Shown: piece after piece, positions 17,633 through 28,324 of the stretch
How positions within the stretch are numbered: the first letter of the stretch is position 1
Layout: the number at the start of each line of letters is the position of its first letter
Origin: a virus
Reading direction: 5' to 3' (one strand)
IMG/VR virus record: IMGVR_UViG_3300020248_000002
DNA: 64,000 nt
Made by a program: the position numbers and the translations under genes
Notes under the pieces: model-generated
Seen by the model: only the letters and a program-made list of their open reading frames with translations
What the model was told of the DNA's origin: nothing
Databases searched by the model: none

Positions 17633-19924
17633 GTGGCAAAATCACCAACACTAAAGATTAAAAAATTTCTTGCTCCGACACCTAGTGGTCCTGCGGGAGA
17701 TCCAGTTAAGACCTTGACTTTTAGTATCAATAGGTTGGGATATGCTGTGGCAGATATTGGTCAGTTGTTAGTTGATGACTTAGCAAGACAACAGGATTCA
17801 TTACTTAAAGCAGAAGCAGAAAGAGCAAAACAACTAGAAGAAGATAGAAAAAAGGAAGAGGCATACAATAAAAATATAAAGAAGGAAGATGTAGAGAGTG
17901 GTGTTAAGTCAGAAACTAGAAGTGAGTCTAAAAAATGGGGGTGGTTAGAAGCACTTTTAAAACCCCTAAAGTGGTTAGCAAAGTCTGCATTGGGATGGTT
18001 TGTAGGATTAACTTTCTTAGAGCAACCTGGAAAAAGATATGATTTACAAATAGGTTTGGCAGTCATTGGTGGTTGGTTCAAAGCACTCTATAAAGTAACA
18101 AATATGAGTGTAGGTCTAATATTTGATGGACTTTCTGAAGACAGTTTTTTAATGGGAGCATTGAAATTTATAGGTGGAATGGCAGGATTTTTTGTAGCAG
18201 GTAGAATATTAAGACCGTGGAAATTGATAAGTGATTTCAAAAAATTAAAGAAAATGGTAGATTTTCTTAGATTTGGTAAACAAGGATCAGGTAAGAGATT
18301 TGCAGAAGGTAGAAGAATAATAAAACAAAGAAAATTAAAACAAGCATTGCGTGCTAAAAGAATGCTTCGTTTAAAACGTCTTGCCAAAGTTAAGGGTGGT
18401 AGATTTTTACAGAAAGGAAGTAAATTCCTTAAAGGGTTTGGTAAAGGTGCAGGTAGATTCCTTAAAGGTGGAGGAATGTCGGCATTAGCGGGTATTTTCT
18501 CGTTTGCAAATAGATTGTCGTCAGGTAAGTCTTTACAAAATGCTATCGGTGGTGGTGCAGGTGCTGCTATTGGTGGTATTGCTATGGGTGCATTACTTAC
18601 ACCTGTACTTGGTCCATTTGGTCCGATTGTTGGTCAAATGCTAGGTTCTTTCCTAGGAGATAAGATAGGTGCGTTCTTAGGTGATGCTTTTACACCAATG
18701 TTCAAACCTATTAAGAGATCATTTGGTATGTACTTTAAGATATTCAAGGCACTTTTTGAACCAGTGTCAGAAGCGTTTGCTGACCTATGGAAAGATGGAT
18801 TGGCACCACTTTTCGCCAAGATGAAAGAAATATTTAAACCCCTAGTAGATGCAGGTATTGAAAAAATTGTTGATATGATTAATTCACCTTGGTTTCAAGA
18901 AGCGTTGTATGATTTGAAAAAGTTGGTTAGATTGGGTAAACAGCAGATGAACCGAGTTGCAAATTTATTCAACATAGGCAGTGATGAAGATAAAATAAAC
19001 AGAAGAGTAGAAAACACTGAGATAAGTATAGATTTAAAAAATGAAAAATTAGAAAGATTAGAAAAAATAGCAGAACAAAAGGGTGAGGACTATAAAGCGT
19101 GGAATTGGAGATATACTATTGGTGAACAAATTGAGAGGAAAAAGGAAGAAATAAGAAAAGAGGAACAAAAACTGTTAGAACAAAAAATAGAACAAGAAGC
19201 ACAAAAAAATGAAAGTGTAACTGCTTTACTTCCTCCAGTTTTTCCTTTACCAAATGGATTTCTAGATTATAGTAGAGGAACTGAAAAAGATAAGTTAGGA
19301 TTAAAAGGTGGTAGAATAATAAGACCAAATGACCCAGAAACTTTTCCAATACCTGTTTTTGCTATGAAAGCAGGAAAAGTACGTCGATGGGGATACCAGA
19401 AAGGTAAATCTTCGAGTGATCATAGAAGAGGAGGAATGATTATTGAAGGTGATGATGGAAATGAGGATATTGGATATAGAAATATAGTACCTACAATTAA
19501 TTATCACACTAGAGTAAAACCTGGTGATAAAATAGGTGAATTGATGGATGCTAGAAAATATAAAAGTAGTTCCAGAACTAAAAGTGGTCCTAAAAATTTA
19601 ACATCAAAATCTACATACCTTTTATTACAAGCATTTACAAACCATAAGGTTGAACGTGGATATAATAAAAATCAATTAGATATTGCAGAGTTATATCCAG
19701 ATATATTCCCTGCAAAACAAGAAAATGAAATTGTAAAGAATAATGTTGACCCAGAGACAATAAATACTGGTGAGAATATAACCAATTCAGACGATTTGGT
19801 CAATGAAAAAACATATACTACAGAGGGAGGTGCAGTGGTCATACAACCTGTAGTTACACCTACTGTAACTGTGGGTGATGAGACAAACGTTCAGTTTGAA
19901 GAGAATGAGGCAACAGTTTACTAA
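17633..19924 (+). CDS. tape-measure/hub-like virion protein with degenerate M23-like C-domain
   Basis: Amphipathic helices, glycine zipper GGGAGAAIGGIAMG, coiled coil, PVFAMKAGKV...RVKPGDKIG. Confidence 0.6.
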   Translation: MAKSPTLKIKKFLAPTPSGPAGDPVKTLTFSINRLGYAVADIGQLLVDDLARQQDSLLKAEAERAKQLEEDRKKEEAYNKNIKKEDVESGVKSETRSESKKWGWLEALLKPLKWLAKSALGWFVGLTFLEQPGKRYDLQIGLAVIGGWFKALYKVTNMSVGLIFDGLSEDSFLMGALKFIGGMAGFFVAGRILRPWKLISDFKKLKKMVDFLRFGKQGSGKRFAEGRRIIKQRKLKQALRAKRMLRLKRLAKVKGGRFLQKGSKFLKGFGKGAGRFLKGGGMSALAGIFSFANRLSSGKSLQNAIGGGAGAAIGGIAMGALLTPVLGPFGPIVGQMLGSFLGDKIGAFLGDAFTPMFKPIKRSFGMYFKIFKALFEPVSEAFADLWKDGLAPLFAKMKEIFKPLVDAGIEKIVDMINSPWFQEALYDLKKLVRLGKQQMNRVANLFNIGSDEDKINRRVENTEISIDLKNEKLERLEKIAEQKGEDYKAWNWRYTIGEQIERKKEEIRKEEQKLLEQKIEQEAQKNESVTALLPPVFPLPNGFLDYSRGTEKDKLGLKGGRIIRPNDPETFPIPVFAMKAGKVRRWGYQKGKSSSDHRRGGMIIEGDDGNEDIGYRNIVPTINYHTRVKPGDKIGELMDARKYKSSSRTKSGPKNLTSKSTYLLLQAFTNHKVERGYNKNQLDIAELYPDIFPAKQENEIVKNNVDPETINTGENITNSDDLVNEKTYTTEGGAVVIQPVVTPTVTVGDETNVQFEENEATVY

Positions 19925-22113
19925 TGGCACAACAAAAGTCAATACGATTCTATAAATTTATTACACCTCCAGAGGACAAAGGTGCGACGGTTACTATTGG
20001 CAATAAGACAGTAACGGGTTCTAAATTCTCCACGACCATTAGTGCAATTAATTCCCTAGGAGCAACTGTAAATAGTATAGGTACTGCAATATTATCAACT
20101 AGATTACAACAGCAACAGCAACTGCAAGAACAAGAGCGAAAAAACCAACTTGCAAGAGATAAGTCTAATGCTATGAAATACGCAAAGGGATTTTTAAAAG
20201 GATCTCTAGGTTTTGCTGTTGGTGCATTATTAGGTAAAAGTGGTTCGGGATTTTTGGGAAATCTTGGTAAATTATTTAAGAATTTGATAATTTACAGCAC
20301 TTTAGACTGGTTAGGTAAAGACGAAAACCAGAAAAAATTATCGAAGATAATGAATAGACTGGGAATAATAGTGAAAGGGTTGTGGAGTGTAGTATCAGGG
20401 ATAGTTAGTTGGATAGGTAAATCTTGGAATCAATTATTTGGTGAAGGTAAACCCTTTATGACGAGACTTGCAGGTGCAGTTAAGTTATTAGCAGGGGTAG
20501 GTTTAGTTGGAGCAGGATTGGCATTCTTAAAGAATCCTGCATCAATGTTAAAAGCATTCAGTGGTATGCTTAAAACTGTTGGTCAAGGTGTTCTTAATTT
20601 AGCAAAAGTATTTGGTGGTAATGTTCTTGGTCAAGCAGCGTTAGGTTTAGGACAAGGATTTCTAGCATATAATGATATAATGAATGATGAGGATATTCCA
20701 GAAGAGGATAGACAATCAGCAGCAATCGGTGGAGGAGTTGGTGCAACAACTGGTGCTATGGCACTTGGTGCTTTAGGAAATCAGTTATTACCTGGAATTG
20801 GTGGTGCTATTGGTAATCTTCTTGGTGGATTCTTAGGAAAACACATAGGTAAGTATATTGGTCCTATTGTAAAAAATATTATTGAACCAATAAAGAAATT
20901 TTTCTCAAAAGTAGGTGCGTGGATCAATAAAACTCTAAAACCAGTAGGTGATGCAATAAAGAAATTTTTTGAACAATATGCAGAAGTAGCAAATAAAGTT
21001 CTTGATTTCATAGAACCACATATGCCTAAGATAATGGAAATTGCAGGTTTCTTGGGCAAATTTGCATTTCAACCTTTAATTAGTTTATTAAACGGTCTAA
21101 CAAAAGTGTTAATGTGGGTGACAGGTAGTGGAGGTGAAGACGACGACACAGTAACCACAACAAATTCATCTACAGGATCAGGAACAAACTTTAGTGTTGA
21201 TAAAGAAGGAAGTAACTCATATCCATTAAAAGGTACTAATTTCTTAGGTGATTTTGTTGAACCAGGTTTCAAATATGATAAAGTAGATGGTGAATTTGGT
21301 GAGGGTATTGATACTTCTATGATTAACAGAACTCTAGCAGACTTAGTTAAAGAATATGGTGAAAGTGCAGAGTTAGGTCGTTATGGTATAAGATTGAGTT
21401 CTGCTTTGCAAGCAGTCAAGAATATGGGTAAAGACCCTGAGACTTTTAAATTCAATCCTAGCGGTCAAGATCTGATCTTTAAAGAATTGAAGAATATGGC
21501 GGGTTTCCAAGAGTTCTTGGGTGAACAAATAGATGTAAATCAATTTGCTGCAAATCTATCAAGATTCTTTGATGAAATACCTGCAAGTGAGAATGCAGTA
21601 ACTAAAGACACTAAAAGTTGGAAAGAAACCTTATCAGTGCTTGAGAGTTTGAAAGGTGGTATGAGTAAAGGTGGACTTATACGTGGACCACAATCAGGTT
21701 ATCCTGTAGGATTCAATCCTGTGGTAAGTAGATCAATAGGTGGATTTGTAGGTCACGGAACAGAGATGATAGTTCCTATAGACACACCAGATACTCGTAA
21801 AGATTCTGGTCTTGCTATGAGAAGACTATTAGAAGCAGCATTAATTATTGGTAGTAAAGGTGACACAGGATCAATGTTATCAACATTAACAGATACTGTT
21901 AACGAAGGAGAAGCAATGTTAGAGTCTGCTGCAATGAACTCAAACATAGAAACTATAGTTTTAGATGTAATAGAAAGACCTGTACAGACAAAAGAAGGTG
22001 GAGCAGGTCAAGAAATTGTTCTCCCAAGTAAAGAGGATGAGGTCAATACATATATTCAGAGTAGGTTTGGATTTTTGACCGAAAGTAATACATCACCGAG
22101 TAACTTCTTCTAA
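19924..22113 (+). CDS. second tape-measure-like virion protein
   Basis: Similar N-terminus and glycine zipper to the upstream ORF; GG.I.GPQSGYPV...GHGTE. Confidence 0.6.
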   Translation: MAQQKSIRFYKFITPPEDKGATVTIGNKTVTGSKFSTTISAINSLGATVNSIGTAILSTRLQQQQQLQEQERKNQLARDKSNAMKYAKGFLKGSLGFAVGALLGKSGSGFLGNLGKLFKNLIIYSTLDWLGKDENQKKLSKIMNRLGIIVKGLWSVVSGIVSWIGKSWNQLFGEGKPFMTRLAGAVKLLAGVGLVGAGLAFLKNPASMLKAFSGMLKTVGQGVLNLAKVFGGNVLGQAALGLGQGFLAYNDIMNDEDIPEEDRQSAAIGGGVGATTGAMALGALGNQLLPGIGGAIGNLLGGFLGKHIGKYIGPIVKNIIEPIKKFFSKVGAWINKTLKPVGDAIKKFFEQYAEVANKVLDFIEPHMPKIMEIAGFLGKFAFQPLISLLNGLTKVLMWVTGSGGEDDDTVTTTNSSTGSGTNFSVDKEGSNSYPLKGTNFLGDFVEPGFKYDKVDGEFGEGIDTSMINRTLADLVKEYGESAELGRYGIRLSSALQAVKNMGKDPETFKFNPSGQDLIFKELKNMAGFQEFLGEQIDVNQFAANLSRFFDEIPASENAVTKDTKSWKETLSVLESLKGGMSKGGLIRGPQSGYPVGFNPVVSRSIGGFVGHGTEMIVPIDTPDTRKDSGLAMRRLLEAALIIGSKGDTGSMLSTLTDTVNEGEAMLESAAMNSNIETIVLDVIERPVQTKEGGAGQEIVLPSKEDEVNTYIQSRFGFLTESNTSPSNFF

Positions 22114-23501
22114 TGTCAGAATCAACTCAACCAAAAGGATATACGATACAGGAGTTTGGTCTTGTTATACAACCAAAAGACTTTTCTCCTAGGGAAGATT
22201 TGTCTCAATTAAGTTTCAATGGTGAAAATGCCTTTGATCTTACTGGATTGTGTTCTGCATTTAATATTATGTCATCTATAGATTCTCCTACAATGAGAAT
22301 GGAGATAGCAATTTACGATACTATAGATTTATCATCAAAATTGCAGGGTAATGAATATGTTAAACTTACTATGAAAACTGATTCGTCAGGTGAAGAGGAA
22401 TTAGAAATTATACAAAAAGTATATAAAATTGGTAGTGTTACAAAGGCAGAACGTGCACAGACTTATATAATTTACACTACATCACCAAGCACAGCATTGA
22501 ATGAAACTAATCGTGTTTTTAAATCATTTGAAGATCAACCAGGATCTACTACCGTTGAAGATGTTGAGAAAGGTTATTTAAAAGAGACTACACACAATAT
22601 GTGGGAAAAGTCAGCAGGTAATTATAATTTTATATCTACATCTTGGAGACCTTATGACGTGATTTCTTATCTTGCAGATAAGATCGTTGGTTCCGAGTCT
22701 AAACGACCTGGATATATGTATTGGCAAACACGTAAGGGTATGAATTTTGCAACAATGGACTACTTGTGTTCTGAAAAAAATCCAACCCAAAAAGCACCAA
22801 AAATATTTACTTACGTGCAATCTAATCTCACAGATAATGCAAATAACTTTTATAATATAGAAACAGTGAACTATCCAGATCGTGCCAATCATCTAGAAAG
22901 GATGCGTAAAGGATTATATAGTAATGTTGTTATTGGAATACTATTGCCCGCATTAACTGAAGGTAATTTACCTACTAATGGTGGCACAGCAGAAACAGGG
23001 GCAGAGGACACATCACCTGCGGGATCTATAAATCCTCCAGTCAATCTTGGTGCTAGACAAGTATTTGATTTAGCACAAACTCTTAATAGTGACTTCCCCT
23101 TTAACAGAGCAAACGACGAATATTTCTCAGAAGAGAAACCTACTCGTATAAAAATAAGAGCACTTCCAGGTATGAAGAATGCTCAAAACTCAGATAACCC
23201 AGAAGGTTCATCGTCAAATATGAACTTTGACACTGTTACAAGTTCAGCATATTCTGCATCACGTTGGCAACTGTTAAACGCTATTCGACTAGATATAACA
23301 GTCCCTGGAAATATTTCCATAGATGCAGGTGACATAGTTAACATTAGGATACCCAAGTCTCAATCTGAAGATCAGTCTGAACGTTTGGAACTTGACGAAA
23401 CCTATTCTGGGAACTATATTGTGATAGGTGTGAAACACAAATGGTCCGCACCTGAGATCACAACAAAATTAAACTTAGCAAAGGACAGTATCGAACAATG
23501 A
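22113..23501 (+). CDS. baseplate hub protein (gp27-like)
   Basis: SIDSPTM.M.I...D, WRPYD.I, ITVPGN....AGDIV.I.IP, YSGNY.V..VKH. Confidence 0.6.
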   Translation: MSESTQPKGYTIQEFGLVIQPKDFSPREDLSQLSFNGENAFDLTGLCSAFNIMSSIDSPTMRMEIAIYDTIDLSSKLQGNEYVKLTMKTDSSGEEELEIIQKVYKIGSVTKAERAQTYIIYTTSPSTALNETNRVFKSFEDQPGSTTVEDVEKGYLKETTHNMWEKSAGNYNFISTSWRPYDVISYLADKIVGSESKRPGYMYWQTRKGMNFATMDYLCSEKNPTQKAPKIFTYVQSNLTDNANNFYNIETVNYPDRANHLERMRKGLYSNVVIGILLPALTEGNLPTNGGTAETGAEDTSPAGSINPPVNLGARQVFDLAQTLNSDFPFNRANDEYFSEEKPTRIKIRALPGMKNAQNSDNPEGSSSNMNFDTVTSSAYSASRWQLLNAIRLDITVPGNISIDAGDIVNIRIPKSQSEDQSERLELDETYSGNYIVIGVKHKWSAPEITTKLNLAKDSIEQ

Positions 23502-23725
23502 AAAGTATAGAAGACCACATTCAACACGACAAAGACATTATTGAAAATCCTATGACATCACCTGCTGCACGTAGGCACGCAAAGGTGGAACTTCACGATT
23601 TAGAAGAGTATGCAGAGCATCACAAAGAAGAGATCGAAGCAGGAGATCATCACGACCCTAACGCTTTAGAACTATTCTGTGATCAACATCCTGATGAACC
23701 AGAATGCTTAGTGTATGACGACTGA
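23498..23725 (+). CDS. cp12: CP12 Calvin-cycle inhibitor
   Basis: C-terminal LELFCDQHPDEPECLVYDD. Confidence 0.93.
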   Translation: MKSIEDHIQHDKDIIENPMTSPAARRHAKVELHDLEEYAEHHKEEIEAGDHHDPNALELFCDQHPDEPECLVYDD

Positions 23726-24272
23726 TTTTATCTATGGAGATCATATAAGTGATCTCACTATTGACAATTTACTGGAATTTTGGGATAATTGTACTTATCT
23801 TAAAAAGGTTAATGGAGAGTTCTCTGATGGTGTAGACCCTACCATCAAGAAGTCTGTTGATATGGCAATACCTCCCTTCCTCAATGAGAAGGCAGTTCGT
23901 ATTTTCTTAGGAGAACTTCAAACAGTTCTTGATAAATACCTTGAAAGATTCCCGTACGCTTGTATGGCACCCGTTGAATTGAATGAACCATTCAATATAC
24001 AATGGTATCCTGCAAATACAGGTGGTTATCACCGCCCTCATTGTGAAAGAATTGGGTCTGGTAAGACTGCATCCTATAGACATCTTGCTTGGATGACTTA
24101 CTTAAATACAGTTAATGAAGGTGGTGAAACATACTGGGTACATCAAGATAAAAAAATAAAACCTGAGAAAGGTTTAACAGTGTTTTGGCCAGCAGATTGG
24201 ACTCACGTTCATCACGGTCTTACATCACCCGAAGAAAAAATGATCGCTACAGGATGGATTTCCTACGCATAA
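23715..24272 (+). CDS. 2OG-Fe(II) oxygenase (prolyl-hydroxylase-like)
   Basis: NIQWY, HCE, RHLAWMTYLN.V.EGGET, WPADWTHVHHG, K.IATGW. Confidence 0.85.
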   Translation: MTTDFIYGDHISDLTIDNLLEFWDNCTYLKKVNGEFSDGVDPTIKKSVDMAIPPFLNEKAVRIFLGELQTVLDKYLERFPYACMAPVELNEPFNIQWYPANTGGYHRPHCERIGSGKTASYRHLAWMTYLNTVNEGGETYWVHQDKKIKPEKGLTVFWPADWTHVHHGLTSPEEKMIATGWISYA

Positions 24273-24296
24273 ATAAAAACGGAGGATAACTTAACA

Positions 24297-26753
24297 ATGG
24301 CAGCAACTGCTTTACAAGGTAAAACTGATGTGATGGGTCGCGACGGATTCACTTGGTGGGTCGGAGAAGTCGAGGATAAAGAAGATCCACAAGAGATTGG
24401 TAGAGTTCGTGTTCGTATCTTAGGATGGTACACAGGTAGTCAAGCGAAAGAAGCATACTTGACAACAGTTCCTACTAAGTCATTACCTTGGGCAACAGTT
24501 CTATTGCCTACAGACCAAGCAGGTATAAAAAATACAGGAACTGCTACAGCATTGGAAGTTGGTGCACAGGTTCTAGGATTTTTCTTAGATGGAGAGGAAG
24601 CACAACTACCAGTTGTTATAGGTTCTTTTAGAGGATTTAAGACGAATGAAAGTGGTCAAGATTCAGAAGTTTCCAAAACTGTAATAGCAGATGGAGAACT
24701 TGCAAAAGAATTACCTGTACAAGCACAAGATTTATCAGGTCAGGAAGTAGCAGGTGGAAACCAGTTTAACAAAACAGGAGAACAACCTTCTAACTCAGAT
24801 GGTGGAGAGTCAACAGATAGAGGTTTACTTGGTATTTTAAGTAGAGGTCTTGAAGGACATTATGCTTCAAACCCTTTGGTCGTTCCAACTTCAATATTTG
24901 GTATTGCAGATGGAGCAGCAGGTCCTGCGGGATCAGGTTTTGAGACAGACTTAGAAAGGATGTTGAAAGAAGCAGGTAATCTTGCAGCAACATTAGCAGT
25001 AGATCCTCTAGGTAATTTAGTTTCTATTGTTACAGGAAAGAAAGTAGATAATAAGATATTAAGTAAAGCAATGTCAGGTATTAACTTAGCGATTGCTAAT
25101 GGTATCTCAGGCATTATGTCTTGGATGAAAGAGGTAATGGCAAAAATTATTGAGTCTGTGATAGGTAAACTAAAATCACTACTCAGTAACGTAATTCCTA
25201 CAGGTATTATTACCACTCTAATGGATGTTGCAGGTATGTTATTTAATATATTCTGTATGTTTGAAGCGTCTCATATTCTAGGTATTATTCGATCTGCATT
25301 TAGTAATACCGCTGACTTTGCTAAATCGTTGGCAAATATGGTCGTAAAGAAAGTGTTTGATGGTATTTCAACTGCTATCAGTGGTGCAGTAGGTGCCATA
25401 ATGGGAAAAATCAAAGAAGGTCTACAAAAGATAGGAAAAACTATTAATGTTATTGTTTCTGCAATCGCTACAGCAAGAGACGCTATTGGTAAGTTTAGAG
25501 CATTAGTAGGAAAGATTACCAGTATCTTCCAAATGGACTTTAGTAAGTTAAACTTCCAAAATATCGTGAAGTTGATTCTTGGTCTTATTATGTCACTTCT
25601 CAAGAAAAAGAATTGTGGCAGAAAAATACGAAAATCAAAGCAGAACTTCTGGTTGCCATTGTGGGGATCTAGTACCTGTGAGTCACCTCCAGAGTTTATG
25701 ATGCGAGAGGTTAGTATAGATGTTGTAACTGGTAAACCAAAAACACAAGGTGATATTATCACCGAAATGTATCAAAACTTAAAGTCTTATGATATGGAGA
25801 TCCAATCATTTATGAACGGATCATCTATTATCCAAGATAATAACGAAGGTAAACAAAAAACTATCGTCTCAGATACAGGTGGACAAACTAGAATATCTGA
25901 TAGTTTTGGTAATACACATTATAATATACCTGGAAATGAAACCAAAATTATTGGTGGAGATGAATGTTTAAATATCAAAGGCAACAGGTGTGTAACTATT
26001 GAAGGTGATTACACATTAAAAGTAAATGGAGATTTTAACATAGAGGTTGGTGGATCACAAAATACACACCAATCTAATGGTGTTGGTATAGAAGAAGGTA
26101 GTGGTGATGTTCTTGACGAAAATTATGACGGTGACACACCAGGTGAGAATCAAGCAAAATCTACACAAGTTATTGCTGCTGACCACGAAGTAAACTATCA
26201 AGGAAGTTGGGGACTTCAAGCAGCAAATATTACCCTAACTGCTATTGGTGATTTTGAAGTTGATGCAAACAGTATCACTAATAAAGCAACAGCAATGATG
26301 AACTCTATATCTGGTGAGATCATCAACGAGTGTGCTTGGCAGACTAATTTTGTAAACAATCAGATCTATACAATGATTGGTATGTTAAATCCAATTCCAA
26401 TCGCTATCACAGGTAGATTGACTATGATTAAAGGTCCTGATGTTGTATTACAGAGTGAAGGATTAACAGGATCATTATTACCTGCTTTCCATCTACGTGC
26501 TGTCGCAGGATTAACAAAACCTTGTGGTATTGTTGAGACTATGAAAGGTACAGTTGGTTCTGTTAAAGCAACTATTGGTATTGGTGCGGGTATTCCTTCA
26601 GTTATTACAGAAAGAATTAAAGGTATAGGTGCTATAACAAATAGTGTTGTGGGTTTAGGAACTGTAAGATATAGTGTAACAGCAGGTAAAGCATCTTTCG
26701 GATGTCGTGCAGGTCCTACAACAATTTTTGGGTTGCCAATTATGTTGAACTAA
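24297..26753 (+). CDS. gp5: baseplate central spike gp5 (no T4-type lysozyme domain seen)
   Basis: WWVGEVED..DP...GRVRVRILG, LPWA, VLGFFLDG..AQ.P; C-terminal beta-helix repeats; TAAATA at 24270-24275. Confidence 0.88.
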   Translation: MAATALQGKTDVMGRDGFTWWVGEVEDKEDPQEIGRVRVRILGWYTGSQAKEAYLTTVPTKSLPWATVLLPTDQAGIKNTGTATALEVGAQVLGFFLDGEEAQLPVVIGSFRGFKTNESGQDSEVSKTVIADGELAKELPVQAQDLSGQEVAGGNQFNKTGEQPSNSDGGESTDRGLLGILSRGLEGHYASNPLVVPTSIFGIADGAAGPAGSGFETDLERMLKEAGNLAATLAVDPLGNLVSIVTGKKVDNKILSKAMSGINLAIANGISGIMSWMKEVMAKIIESVIGKLKSLLSNVIPTGIITTLMDVAGMLFNIFCMFEASHILGIIRSAFSNTADFAKSLANMVVKKVFDGISTAISGAVGAIMGKIKEGLQKIGKTINVIVSAIATARDAIGKFRALVGKITSIFQMDFSKLNFQNIVKLILGLIMSLLKKKNCGRKIRKSKQNFWLPLWGSSTCESPPEFMMREVSIDVVTGKPKTQGDIITEMYQNLKSYDMEIQSFMNGSSIIQDNNEGKQKTIVSDTGGQTRISDSFGNTHYNIPGNETKIIGGDECLNIKGNRCVTIEGDYTLKVNGDFNIEVGGSQNTHQSNGVGIEEGSGDVLDENYDGDTPGENQAKSTQVIAADHEVNYQGSWGLQAANITLTAIGDFEVDANSITNKATAMMNSISGEIINECAWQTNFVNNQIYTMIGMLNPIPIAITGRLTMIKGPDVVLQSEGLTGSLLPAFHLRAVAGLTKPCGIVETMKGTVGSVKATIGIGAGIPSVITERIKGIGAITNSVVGLGTVRYSVTAGKASFGCRAGPTTIFGLPIMLN

Positions 26754-26762
26754 GTTAAAATG
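26734..26762 (+). promoter_or_regulatory. sigma70-type promoter
   Basis: TTGCCA-17-TAAAAT at the end of gp5. Confidence 0.5.
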
Positions 26763-26978
26763 TTTAGTGAAGACTACCTTATATGGTTATTAATGGAAAC
26801 TTACATTGATTATGTTTGGATAGATTTTACCAAACGTGAAGTAAAATACAAAGACAGCGATGGTCACGAAGAGACTATCACCTACAATTTTGATGAATCA
26901 GGTGGTGATCTCTTCACTCTCGCAGTTACAATGATACAAGAAGGTGTAGAACCTAACAGAAGACATTACAAATTATGA
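26760..26978 (+). CDS. hypothetical protein (true start probably METYID)
   Basis: ORF coupled to the next gene. Confidence 0.55.
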   Translation: MFSEDYLIWLLMETYIDYVWIDFTKREVKYKDSDGHEETITYNFDESGGDLFTLAVTMIQEGVEPNRRHYKL

Positions 26979-27247
26979 TCAGAATTACAAAAGAAGAAGC
27001 AGTTGAGAACTTAAATTTCATTTTCAAAATTGTTGAACGAGGTGAAACAGTTCTTGTAGAAGGAGACAAAGGGAATATCCTAATGAATGGAATCCCTGAC
27101 GGACAATTACAGGTAGAAGCATTAGAGACTCCACCTATACCAATGACAGGTCCACCACCCCCTATACCTGGTGTTACCTTGCCAAGTGATGCAGAAGTCA
27201 AAAGTTACGTGACTGAAACATTAGGTGAACTCAAGGAGCAATTATAA
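26975..27247 (+). CDS. Phd/YefM-like protein with Pro-rich tail
   Basis: MIRITKEEAVENLNFIFKIVERGETVLV resembles the Phd N-terminal pattern. Confidence 0.5.
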   Translation: MIRITKEEAVENLNFIFKIVERGETVLVEGDKGNILMNGIPDGQLQVEALETPPIPMTGPPPPIPGVTLPSDAEVKSYVTETLGELKEQL

Positions 27248-27262
27248 TATATAAAATATACG

Positions 27263-27736
27263 ATGGATCAACAACCTTTTCTGGATCTCTTGGTTCACCA
27301 CTGGCATAATTTAAGACAAGCACAGATGTGGCCATCGTCTTTCGCATATATCCATTACCTGTGGTACTTCAATGACGAAGGACGATTATCATCAAAACAG
27401 TGGTATGACTGGAACGGTGAAGTGTATCGTGAAAGAACACATAACGTCGTTTCTAAAAAAGATCACATACTATTAGAAACATTTAACGCTGATAAAAAAA
27501 TGCCTAGTCTAATCTTCACAGAAAGTGAAAGGGGTTGGATAGGTAAAAACGAACCTAATGCCCACAATGGCAGAGGTGTAGTTGTTTCTACAATAACTTT
27601 AACTAAAGATTCCTTTGAGTCTGACGATAAAGGGTATGATGAAGAGGGAGAGTTGCTCTGGGGTTCCAAAAAAGGTCCTTTCTTGTTCAGCAAATGTACC
27701 GCATCTATTCCGACTTCCGTTACGTCGTCAAAATAG
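27263..27736 (+). CDS. cpeT: CpeT/CpcT-like phycobilin lyase
   Basis: W.NLRQAQ..P..FA, SKQWY, YRER, DKGYD..G..LWGS..GPF.F. Confidence 0.85.
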   Translation: MDQQPFLDLLVHHWHNLRQAQMWPSSFAYIHYLWYFNDEGRLSSKQWYDWNGEVYRERTHNVVSKKDHILLETFNADKKMPSLIFTESERGWIGKNEPNAHNGRGVVVSTITLTKDSFESDDKGYDEEGELLWGSKKGPFLFSKCTASIPTSVTSSK

Positions 27737-27954
27737 GATTGTGTAGAATTTATTATCTTAACGGTTTAGCATTCACTTTCGACGAAATACAAAATCCTGA
27801 TTCCCAAACAATAGATTTGGCAAATAAAAATTCTTGGTGTACAATGGAGGAGATTTATAGATCATCTTCTTATCTCATTCAAGAATTATGTCATCCAATT
27901 ATATTTGAGTTAGATGCACATTTGATTCAGTGTGAAGAAGAAATTCCCTATTAA
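27694..27954 (+). CDS. hypothetical protein
   Basis: YYLNGL.FTFDE; SSYLIQE..HPIIFE. Confidence 0.6.
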   Translation: MYRIYSDFRYVVKIGLCRIYYLNGLAFTFDEIQNPDSQTIDLANKNSWCTMEEIYRSSSYLIQELCHPIIFELDAHLIQCEEEIPY

Positions 27955-28141
27955 CTTACAAAGAAAACATATGCAAATACAACTGTGGTATTGTAATGAA
28001 ATGCACCAGTGGAGATGGTCAATGACCGACCAACAAAATCTTGCTTACCAAGCAACAGGTCAACAACCTCATATCAGAGACGCTATGCTCGACGTAGCAA
28101 AAACTGTCGAACATACAAATTATTTAAAATTTCCAGAATAA
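27932..28141 (+). CDS. hypothetical protein (true start probably MQIQLWY)
   Basis: LWYC..M.QWRWS pattern. Confidence 0.55.
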   Translation: MKKKFPINLQRKHMQIQLWYCNEMHQWRWSMTDQQNLAYQATGQQPHIRDAMLDVAKTVEHTNYLKFPE

Positions 28142-28168
28142 AAAAAGAGGTCCCTAGCGACCTCTTTT
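28141..28168. terminator. bidirectional intrinsic terminator
   Basis: aaaaaagaggtc-cctagc-gacctctttt between convergent ORFs. Confidence 0.8.
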
Positions 28169-28171
28169 AGT

Positions 28172-28324
28172 TTATCTTTCTAGAACGGAGCGACAATAAC
28201 GTTTACACGTTCCTTGATCATCGTTACATTCTACTAAGCAATCATAATACTCTGATATTCTGAGATCTTCAGATAAGTTATCCCAAGAATTGAGTTGATT
28301 GTATGATATTATATTATGCGACAT
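28172..28324 (-). CDS. 50-aa CX3C-X6-CX3C protein (absent from ORF track)
   Basis: MSHNIISYNQL...YYDCLVECNDDQGTCKRYCRSVLER; GGAG SD; minus-strand TAAATA at 28404-28409. Confidence 0.7.
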   Translation of the reverse strand: MSHNIISYNQLNSWDNLSEDLRISEYYDCLVECNDDQGTCKRYCRSVLER

